A stretch of DNA of 64,000 nucleotides from Trichoplax sp. H2 (taxonomy: Eukaryota): assembly GCA_003344405.1 (NCBI GenBank), contig NOWV01000198.1:1-64000 (forward strand), given 5' to 3'. Under the pieces are notes generated by a model. It was given only the letters and a program-made list of their open reading frames with translations. It did no database searches and was not told the origin of the DNA. This document shows, piece by piece, positions 54,460-64,000 of the stretch; position 1 is the stretch's first letter, and every line of letters starts with the position of its first letter. Both the position numbers and the translations under genes were made by a program.

Positions 54460-56156
54460 ATGGCTGGAAGCGATATTCAAGTTGGTGAGGAGAAGCACAA
54501 TCATGCTGTCAGAGGAAGACGGAAATCGGGACGCGTTTGGAAAGAGCAACATGCCAGGTAGAATACTTCATTAATCTTGATGTGAATTTGAACTTTTTGG
54601 GGAAAGGAGACGGTACGTTAGGTAGCATAGCACATGAGCAGCTCAAGCTTGTAAGATGCACTTTACTACTGGAAGTGTGCAGCGGATTTTTACCTGGACG
54701 ATATGGGGATTACATGTAATAGAATCCGATGTTGGTATAGGGATGGAAAGAAGATTGCATGACGGTCAATTTCTAAATAATTTGTGGCAATGTAGAGATA
54801 GAATTTAGTATTGTACTCGTAGACTTGATGCAAAGTGATATTATAATAGGTAGTGCACAGATACTAGTACGAAAGCGATGCATTTTTCATCTGTGTGATA
54901 GTAGTATAAAGATGGAGACAACATTTCCTCTCGATCTGTTCCTAAAGAATAGGTCGTAGTGTAGAGATAGGGTTTAGTCTCGTGTAGATTTGATGTAAAG
55001 TGACCTACTGTACGTGATAGCTTCGTTGTTCGCCATAGCTTTAAAATGGATAGTTTAGAGTAAGAGGGATGGAAGGGAGTACTGGATAACTCCAATTTGA
55101 GCTCATACTCATTATACGATAAAATCTCAACAGGAGCAATGCAAAAATGAATGTCAAGCCCTTGCGTTCATCCTGGAAGGCGAAAATGAATAAGAAATTA
55201 ACTAACCAATCCATTAAAGATTTTGAGAGAGAGCTTAAAGATACCGACCGAAAAGCAAAGGAAGTAAGTTCATGAACTAGTAACTGACATTTAAATCATT
55301 CCAATGTAACAGCTATATGATTGATAAAGCTCGTTAGCGTCATAAGCTAATTAAATCAATCGTTCCTCTGGTAAAATTTTCTGATTGATTATATTTGTCA
55401 TCCAATATCTGGATTTCAAATCAATTCCCTCCAGCATTGAACTGAAACCATTCAACAGGAATCCTAGCTATTCTCTCAGTTTATCTTGCGTAGTGATCAG
55501 AATTTTAGTGTGGCAGCTAGCTGCTCTTTACAAGTAATCGCTATCATAACCTACATACGTATATGTTATCAGTTACTATCGTTTGCGGATGCATATAAGA
55601 AACTGGGAACCAATCTTTTGAATATATAGTATGGAAATATATATATATATATACTGTGCGTGTATATAGCTACTAGTGGTCTATTTCTGGTACAGCGTAT
55701 CAGTTCATATCAGTACAGACTCCTCAAACCTTAGCTATTTAATACATTCCAAATGTAACAGAGGCAGTCATTTTGCTGTCCAGTTGGTCGAGATGAATAC
55801 TACGCTGAATAGACAGTAGTCACGACTATGATAACTACGGAACATATTCTAATCTAGGAGAAAAGACTAATCATGGAGGCCAGGAAAAAGCTCAAGGAAG
55901 AAAATGCTAGAAAGGCAGAAATCGTGCAAGTGGTAAATAGACTATGTTTTGTAAAATTTACAGCAACTATATCCATCGTTTTGCAATACTGTAGATAATT
56001 CATTATCACAGAAATACTATAAATTATGTCATTGCTTGAAAGAACGTGATATGTATCTTATAAAGTAACCTTTATTTCATTGAATAATAGATTACTAAAT
56101 CCAGCACACTGAAGAAAATGAAGAAAAAACATTTAAAAACTATCAGAATGGGATAA
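54460..56156 (+). CDS. CCDC86: Coiled-coil domain-containing protein 86 (Cgr1 family), 4 coding exons
   Basis: RGRRKSGRVWKEQ; VKPLRSSWKAKM; EENARKAEIVQV|ITKSSTLKKMKKKHLKTI; all GT-AG junctions in frame. Confidence 0.9.
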
Positions 56157-56384
56157 ATAGATATTTTACTATTAGAATAACATACGATTTACTTAATCAG
56201 TGCAATGTACATAACAGTGTAAAGCACCCTGATTATCCGTTATTGTTACGATTGGGCAACAATGTCTTTGGATATTTATATAAAGTATGTGAAAATTGAT
56301 GAGGATTTTTTAGATGTTATATACAATTGTAAAAGATAATAGTATGACAATCATGGCAGTCAATATAATACGTTTTTATAAGAC

Positions 56385-57404
56385 TCATTCCTTATCATGG
56401 CTGTCGTAATGCTCCACTAACTTTGAATAAACCACATGTGATACACCTGTAATTAGTGTTTGATTTAAAAATTCTAATACTAATTGCACGATAGGCCATT
56501 TTGCATCGCTGATATCATGATTACCGTTGGCCATCCATGTTTGCAACAATACAATCATTTCTATCGGGAAAATTTTGATGATATCTCTCGCTGGAGGGAG
56601 ATCATCGATGCAATGAATATGCCTAGATTTAAAACTATCAACAACGCCATTTACATCTGGTTGCATAGTATGAAATACTTTGCCTATCCATTCACAATAG
56701 GACTGTAGAGCTGACTTTTGGTCATTTTTGTTCACAATATTGTTAGCATAATCAATCATTACCTTCCAAGGAATTTCTTCCCACTTTTGCTGATAGAATA
56801 ATACTAAGGTAGCAACGAGAACTTTCTCTAGTGTATTCATTGCTATGCTAGGGATAGAGAGGTTTAACTTAGAGCATATATCTTTAACGATAGCGTCAAT
56901 AAATGATGTTATATTATCAGGACGTGTATAACTTGCTTCAACATTACTATTCCGAATTGGACTGGAGCCAATCTGATCAGCTGGTATGAGTTGGACATGT
57001 AGATCTTGAGTCAGAGATAGATCATGCTCTCTAGCCAGCCATGTATCCTGTAAACTTATTAATATAGATTTTTGACAACTCCTGGACAAGAGTTCGAAGG
57101 CTGCTTTAAAGACACCTTGAATACTATAAAACCATACACCATTGGAGGTCCCACGGATGCCTTTGATGCTTATATTATCCATGGTTAACTTAGTTGCTAG
57201 ACCCTCTTTTGCATAATTTGAATGAACTCGAGGTAAATTCTCTGTTCTGATGCTGGATGATTTTAATACATCAGCACCCAAGTATAATGGAATACATTGG
57301 CTGTCTTCTATCAACATCGTACTTACATATTGATATTTTATCAAGTAGATTACGCGAAGCTGCAGAGTACCTACATCGATTGTTGCTAAACTAATTCTAT
57401 TCAT
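56385..57404 (-). CDS. Uncharacterised single-coding-exon protein (~339 aa from the first ATG; ORF open from the GTG at 57473)
   Basis: Stop-free 1.09-kb ORF in AT-rich DNA with globular, helical composition; probable upstream 5'UTR intron donor GTAAGT at ~57546; family not recognised. Confidence 0.75.
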   Translation of the reverse strand: MNRISLATIDVGTLQLRVIYLIKYQYVSTMLIEDSQCIPLYLGADVLKSSSIRTENLPRVHSNYAKEGLATKLTMDNISIKGIRGTSNGVWFYSIQGVFKAAFELLSRSCQKSILISLQDTWLAREHDLSLTQDLHVQLIPADQIGSSPIRNSNVEASYTRPDNITSFIDAIVKDICSKLNLSIPSIAMNTLEKVLVATLVLFYQQKWEEIPWKVMIDYANNIVNKNDQKSALQSYCEWIGKVFHTMQPDVNGVVDSFKSRHIHCIDDLPPARDIIKIFPIEMIVLLQTWMANGNHDISDAKWPIVQLVLEFLNQTLITGVSHVVYSKLVEHYDSHDKE

Positions 57405-57983
57405 AGCAGAGCGTTCAATGTCTGCTAGGGAATGAGTAAAAATTTGTAACTCTTTCTCTTCCAGATGTGCCACTATTGGTCAGTCGGTCTCGCCTTGAAT
57501 CTTCAATATACACTATGCAGCACGGGCGTGGGTATACATAACTTACTCTCGAATTAATTCTTACAAGGCTTGTAGGGCCTTGTAGATATTATTAAGTGCA
57601 ACAACTTTCAACTATGCTTATCATTATTCCATCCAGTTAGCAATAGCCTCGCTCTCTAGCAATCTACAACCTGTATTTTCTATAGAATTTGGACTTCTAA
57701 ACTACAGCACAGTAGTGTTTTGAATTAACCTATCGTCGATGTTGATTGATTCAAAGCTCACTGTATAGTCGTCGAGAATCCAAAGTCAGTAAAAGAACAA
57801 GCAGCAATTGTCAATTTGTCACTGCAGTTATTAACAATTATCTAACATGCAGTACTCGATTTACTGCAGAAGTCCATCCTTCTGGACTGCTGTACACAGG
57901 GACTAGTCTGGAGAACGGTTCGGTTCGGTTCAATACCTTTACGATCTACTATATATCAGGGACTAAAAGGAGAGACGGCGTAA

Positions 57984-58006
57984 TACCGTACTGTACTGTA
58001 CTGTAC
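57984..58006. promoter_or_regulatory. Short CTGTA array in the unknown gene-TXNDC17 divergent promoter
   Basis: taccgtactgtactgtactgtac, ~125 bp upstream of the TXNDC17 ATG. Confidence 0.6.
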
Positions 58007-58131
58007 GCTAATGTCACAAGCACTTGCGCAGTTGGAAGTCCCTAACTGATTAGAGTCTCTGTCTGTTTACTGTAGTTTGAGACCAGGGCCCCCACTTTAC
58101 CTTTCTAATACGCTCGGTTTCCTAGACAATC

Positions 58132-60004
58132 ATGGCGAGACTAGCGGTCGTAGGCCTTAAGGAGCTTTTACAAGTTATTGCAGAGAACAAGAGCCGTTAC
58201 TCGACAATTTTTGTCCAATATTACGGAGATCATGATGATCATGGCCTTAGTTGGTGTCCAGATTGTGTAAAAGGTAAGTTACATGCTAATACTGGAAGAT
58301 CGAAGCTTTTGCAGGCATGTTACAGTGAATGACAGTATTCTTAACATGTTCTAGTCAAATAGATCGTGGCTTGGTTGAAATATTGCTCTCCACTCAGATT
58401 GAACTCTGTGTACGATAATTAGATTAAACTGTTAGTCACATTGCTATAGGAAGTCGTTGCTATTCTATCGCTCCACAGTAAGCTTTACTTTAAGTATATA
58501 AATGATATTTTACAGAACTAATTAGCTAATTATCTTACTCGAAATACTGCACTCTCTTACTATTCTTCTCCATCCAAAGTGATACTAATAACTCACTAAT
58601 AGCACTCATTTTTGAGTAGGACAGAGATTTAGTAGTCCTTGACTGTACGTATCATAGTGCAAACGCATTCAGTAGCTTTATCTTATTGATGAATTGAACT
58701 TCATTACATGATCAGTTAAAAACGTATTTCGACAAAGTAACCTTGTCTATCAATGCCATCATAAATTTGTATGTTGATTTCGTACTGTAGAGCTTCGTCA
58801 TTTGTTAAAGGGTATCGAAATTAAGCTGTATCTGCAAATAGTATGACGCTAATTTTGTCATCAGTTAAAGGATATCAAAATTAAGCTGTATCTGTAAATA
58901 GTATTATACCGAACAGGTGCTTTACTAGTAAGCATGATCTGTTCTACTGACCAGAGGACAAAGTAGAGTACATTGCTCTTCTGAGTTATTCTAGCAGCTG
59001 GCACTCTAGTGGCGGCCTAGAAATACACTTCTATGCTAATTTAACTTAGGATTGCGACTACTACTACGAAAAAAATGATTGACAATAATTAATTACAGTA
59101 TTAGACGTTGTACAAATCGAAATAAATGATACTAATGACTATGTTTGGTAAATACATTCCATTTAGCTGAACCCATTATCGACAAAATTTTCAGTGAACT
59201 GAAGGATAACGTGCTGTTAGTTTCCTGTGCTGTTGGAGACCGACCAAAGTACAGTATTAAACTTTCAATTTTTATAATGGCTTTTAACTTAATCCATAGA
59301 TATGTAGTCACATACACGAGACATTTAAAAGTTTTTAATCAATGATTCTTTCAACGTTAATTGAAGAGGGTAATGTAACACAGAATTCGACGTCAATGTG
59401 TATCATGCGTCAGCGTTAACATCAATTTATATATGAACATTAATTGTTATCATGATTAAGGTGGAAAGATCAAGAGAATGAATTTAGAAAACATGAAATC
59501 ATTCAGCTGAAGTCTATTCCAACCTTAATCGAATGGGGAACTGTAAGATATTTTACTTGAATTAATAAAATAAAATACATGGAGATGAACTAACAAACAA
59601 CGCCGTGATTACAGTTATATTACATTATGACAATAGTAAGTAACAGTCCGTCGATTTTAACCGTTAATTCCTTCACTTAATTCTGCACATGAAAAGTATG
59701 GTAAAAAATTAACGATAGATGAATAATTTCGTTCAGTGTTACAGACAATTTGTAATTGCTATAGCATATCCATAGAATGTATGACATTAATGCCGCATAA
59801 AATAAGACAGTAATTACAAATGCATAGGTATTTTGTTTACATGAAGTCGTTATGAGGTCAATATAAAATGAAGGGATTAGAAAGATCCAGTATAACCTAA
59901 AGTAGTCTAATTTCAAGTTTTCATTTATTTTACAGGATCGTACGGTAATTGAAGAAGATTGTCGAGATGAAAGCCTAGTTAAACAGTTTTTTCGATTAAA
60001 GTAG
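58132..60004 (+). CDS. TXNDC17: Thioredoxin domain-containing protein 17 (TRP14), 4 exons
   Basis: Active site GLSWCPDCVK|AEPII; VGDRPK|WKDQENEFRK; LKSIPTLIEWGT; VIEEDC. TAG 60002-60004. Confidence 0.93.
58795..58908. repeat. 60-bp tandem duplication in TXNDC17 intron 1
   Basis: gttaaagg.tatc.aaattaagctgtatctg.aaatagtat at 58804 and 58864. Confidence 0.85.
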
Positions 60005-60130
60005 TTTCTTGCAAGGTCCTGGTTATGGCGATTTAAAAATTCAACTAGTCGTCTTATTTGGAACATAGTTAATTACATAGTTATTGCATAGCGTTATCAT
60101 GAGTTGGCAATATCTTGTGCTTGTTCACGA

Positions 60131-61022
60131 TTAATCTTCCTTACTGATATCTCCATGTTTCATTCTTGCGATGCTTTGCAAAACATCGTCAAATCTTGTC
60201 ATTTTATCACGTTTACTTCTGTTAGTCATGGAAGTTATTTTGACAGGCCGTAGTAAGTCCTCTTCCGCATCGATATCATCGAATATATCAAAGCTACAAT
60301 AACAAATACGGAGAGATCACGATTGCAATTTGGTATATCTGTTTATGTGACTAATATACTGCGCAAATACGTACAGTACTATAATCGTTAATAAATGCGA
60401 GGCTACAAATCTACTGTATATTGATTGGACTGAGTATTAAAACAATCAATCACCGATATTGCTTATAATTTTCAATTTTATTGGCATAAAGTGCGTAACA
60501 GATACTGTCGCACCGTGGCCATTATTCAATCATAGCAATTTGTCGTACTGTTCGTTGTCTAGCATCTTCTGGTTTACTTTCAAGTACTGTATACCGTATA
60601 GTGATGACGTTTAGAAGTCAATCAGTAAAGTTTGATCTGAATAATACCTCAATAAACGTACAGTATTGTGATCGATAAGAGTTAAGACCAACGAATCTGT
60701 ATTACTAGCATTGTTCTGTTAAGCCCAATTCATAGCAAATCTTACTGAGATAAAGATCTCAAAATCTCAATCTTACAAATAGAATCTTTCAAGCATGCTA
60801 TACGAACATATCCTACCTACTGCTTTCTTGAATAGTTTGACTTTGGTGCCTGGCCTCTGTTATTAGCATATTTTGGCCATGACTCTGATCAGGCTTAGGC
60901 TGCTTAGCATTTTGTTTAGGGCTCGGGTATCTACGGGTTAATTCTAATGTACCTTCCTTGTGTATTTTTTCGTATAAAGAGGCTATTTCGGTATCGTCCA
61001 AACCTTTCAAAGTTTCAGTCAT
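60131..61022 (-). CDS. PAGR1: PAXIP1-associated glutamate-rich protein 1-like (PA1), ~122 aa, 2 coding exons
   Basis: EIASLYEKIHKEGTLEL..RYPSP, SFDIFDD and TRFDDVLQSIAR resemble the three conserved PAGR1 blocks (EIQRLYE..GTLEL, FDFDD, ARLDKVLSDMKR). Confidence 0.7.
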
Positions 61023-61650
61023 TTTGATTAATTAACTGGTGGAGTACAGTTATCAACTCAATGCTTGCAAATATCCTAGAGTCAGCATTCCATGCAGTAG
61101 ACAATCGTTGATGCTGTTCTATTTCAATGAGTTTAATTTATCTGCTTGCACTTTATTTCTCTTAATTACTTCAATGGCAGGTTCGCTATGGGGGCCAATA
61201 AAAAGGGTACCAAGTAGATCGGAATATTTGCTGGAGATTGTTGTATAAGCACTTGCATATAGTCTGTATGGCTATGTGTTGTACACTTGTAGTCTGTAGA
61301 TTAATTAACGTACTGTACGCCGCGTCATTAATATTATCGAGCTTCGTGCAGTCCACTTGCCAGCTCTCGATCAGTTGCTCCTTCCGCCTTGAACAACAGA
61401 ACTTCAATTCACAGAACACCTTGACAAAGATACCATAAAATCTTTAGGGTAACCTGAACATTTTAAATTATAAGTTGAAAGCTTACTTCATTATCCGCTA
61501 GAGCGTGAAGGTAGAATATTGGACTTACTCAAGATTGGATCATTTCATTAAGAGTCGACTGCCCCACTTGCAACCACAGCCATCTTGACCATCTCCTTCA
61601 GGGTAAAACCGTCCATCTGGTGTTTACGTTTTGAAGCGGCGCGGCACTAT

Positions 61651-61738
61651 TACAGTACATTACAGTACTGTACAGTACACTGTACGCTACTGTACTGTAC
61701 TGTAGTTCCCGCGCAAACTCGGTCCGTACTATACTGTA
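61651..61738. promoter_or_regulatory. TACAG/CTGTA array in the PAGR1-MKS1 divergent promoter
   Basis: tacagtacattacagtactgtacagtacactgtacgctactgtactgtactgtag, next to an E2F-like TTCCCGCG (61706). Confidence 0.7.
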
Positions 61739-61747
61739 GGAGTCCAC

Positions 61748-61761
61748 AATGCCATGGAAAC
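61748..61761. promoter_or_regulatory. X-box-like site upstream of MKS1
   Basis: AATGCCATGGAAAC (reverse complement GTTTCCATGGCATT), one strong half-site, 80 bp upstream of the ATG. Confidence 0.55.
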
Positions 61762-61841
61762 TAGTCAGTGAAATCCGATCAGATTACTCATTGCACTACG
61801 GACTTGCGGACTGTCTGCTATGAGCTAACAAATTCCAAAAT

Positions 61842-64000
61842 ATGGAGAACCTACAACGAAATATAGCGTCCTATTATCGATCGAAAGATCCTATTAGAAA
61901 TTTAAAAATTAGGTTAACATCCTACATGTAGAATAGAATTCGTCCTTTGTATAGCTCAAATGTGATAATAAACTTATCCAATATAATATCATTGATGATA
62001 ACTTGGATCCGTTTCCCGAATCATGAATGAGTGGCGCTTAGCATACTGGATCGACATAATTGAAATTTAGCAGATAGAGAGTTAATGTTTTAACTCTTTA
62101 TTTTTATGTATTCTATTTAGAGTCACATTGAAGAAGGTTACAGCGGCCAGCGTAGTGCCGACCTTCGCCCATGAAAACAAAAAGCCAAGTGATCAGATTG
62201 AAATGCAAACAATAAAGAAGGAAGATGAAAGTATGGAATTGACGTAGATATCGATTACGTATTAAACTTTTGCTTTCACTGTTTTTGAATACATAAAATA
62301 AGACAGCAATATTTCCACGATATGGCATTTGTTTAAGAACTCTTATAAAATATAATGATTATATCGTATTTCAATTTCTGTTATAGAAACTGAGAATAAA
62401 GCCGAGGAATGTGTTATTGGATGGCAAGAGAAACTGTATTGTAAGGTAAACTGAACGCCACATCATATAACTTTTTAATAAGATAAAAATATCGAACGGA
62501 TAATGTTCATGGGTAATGGTATCGCTGAAATAAGTTATCAGCTAATGTTAAATCTCATTTAGAGGGAAACAGATTATTATGCTGATTCGGAAAACTGTAA
62601 TAGCGTCCTGGATCACCTTTATCATAAGGAAGTTCTGTCGGTTAGGTAAGATATAACAGATTTTTCTCCATAAATTGATTAATCATTATTACTGAGCGTT
62701 AAATTGTTAAAATGAGTTCTAATCCACTCTAAAGTAACGCTTTAAATTGATCAACGTTAGAAATAGCAGGACAAACAAAAGGTTGTTTAGTTATGTGGAT
62801 CATGATAATTTTGCCGATGATGAGAATGTAAGTCAACTGATTCGATATAGGATAGAAATTTAATAGTAGAGCTCTTTAACTCTTACTAATGGAGTAATGG
62901 AGTCATATGACATAAGCATGAGTTATGCTTCTAACTTGCAATGCACCTTTTACTTGAATTGAACTCAAGTTTACAGACCGTACTTCGATAGCTTGGATTA
63001 CTAATAATAGCAATTGCTGAATATTTATTACTATATTTTTTGTAGAACGACGATGATGAAACAATCTATGTCACTCCTGTTGCGAAACGCATTTCTAATT
63101 TAAGAAGAAGACGCTTAGCTAATAAATCAATGGGAGATAGAGCGTAAGAGATGACTATAAATACGAAAACCAAATTTTTTTAATTAAAAAAACTCTATCT
63201 AATGCAGTAATTCCTACGAATAAATATTAGAGACAAAGACGGCAACAAAGTGGCATTGCAGTTCAAGAACCCTATAAGCGACGATTCCTCTCGCACCTTA
63301 TCTAAATTAATTGTTCCAGAGCAAAGCATGTTCATAATGGCAGATTTAAGCAATGACGATAGGTTGCAAAGATAATTTATTATTGCCGTATACACATAAC
63401 CTTTGATTTACTGAGCATAATATTTTTTATTTATAAATAAATCAGAGAGCCAACTAAAGAGGACGAATACGTGCTATGTTCTGTTACGGTAATGAATTGG
63501 TAACTCTCTTTCTTCAAATACTTGTTTCACTATTAACGTTATTATTTGCCGCATATAGATTAATAGTAATGGATTAATTTCAATTAAACCGGATTTTAAT
63601 ACGTCAAATTCCTCATATCGTATAGTTACTAAATCAGAATATCAAGGTATTGTTGATGAAACATTATGTTTAATAATACTAATCGATTGAAAAATTCTCA
63701 AGCGTGTGATTGTCATTTTCCGCAGAGGTTTATGAATATCGTTTAGAACATTGTAGCAAACCAATGTCTAAAGTAGAAGAAGATAGGGAAAAGAAGGCAC
63801 TTAAAGAGGTTGTTAGCTCTCCACATATTAAACCAGATATGATATTGTATTCCTCATATATCAATGACTACATTATACCAATCTCATTCGTAGCTTGAAT
63901 TTTAATCTGATATATCAGATTTTAAATACTAAGACCTTGCACCTATTTAGTTATATCAAAGGCACGGGGCTTATCAAGCAAGTCTAATCGGTACAGAATT
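61842..64000 (+). CDS. MKS1: Meckel syndrome type 1 transition-zone protein, 5' part (truncated by window edge)
   Basis: YYRSKDPIRNLKIR|VTLKKVT; EECVIGWQEKLY; CNSVLDHLYHKEV; RLFSYVDHD; MFIMADL; NGLISIKPDFN; YEYRLEH. Confidence 0.9.

Noticed and set aside
59001..59016. CTCF-like motif (reverse complement CCGCCACTAGAGTGCC) in the TXNDC17 intron
   Set aside because: Single imperfect match; CTCF is regarded as bilaterian-specific and the host is uncertain

Overview
Eukaryotic chromosome end: a (CCCTAA)n telomere followed after only ~1.2 kb by a compact, AT-rich, short-intron animal gene neighbourhood. The architecture looks like a placozoan/Trichoplax-type genome, but that is inference, not proven. 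Hand-spliced genes: TADA2A(-), KIF22(+), ZDHHC5/8(-), HIRA(+), two intronless 445-aa carboxypeptidase M-like paralogues(+), LRRC74(-), RAD9(-), CCDC86(+), an unknown single-exon gene(-), TXNDC17(+), PAGR1(-) and a partial MKS1(+). Ten of the 13 genes form five head-to-head pairs. Every one of those five divergent promoters carries a mixed-orientation TACAG/CTGTA (GTAC-cored) array ~35-140 bp upstream of a start codon. The array is absent upstream of the unpaired CPM-like and LRRC74 genes; this is the main candidate new regulatory system. Also seen: a U12-type intron in ZDHHC5/8, RFX X-boxes at ciliary genes, a 159-bp foldback hairpin, two hairpin+CTAG (Helitron-end-like) motifs, and many degenerate tandem arrays between 30 and 45 kb. 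Exon boundaries and repeat limits were read by eye and are approximate.
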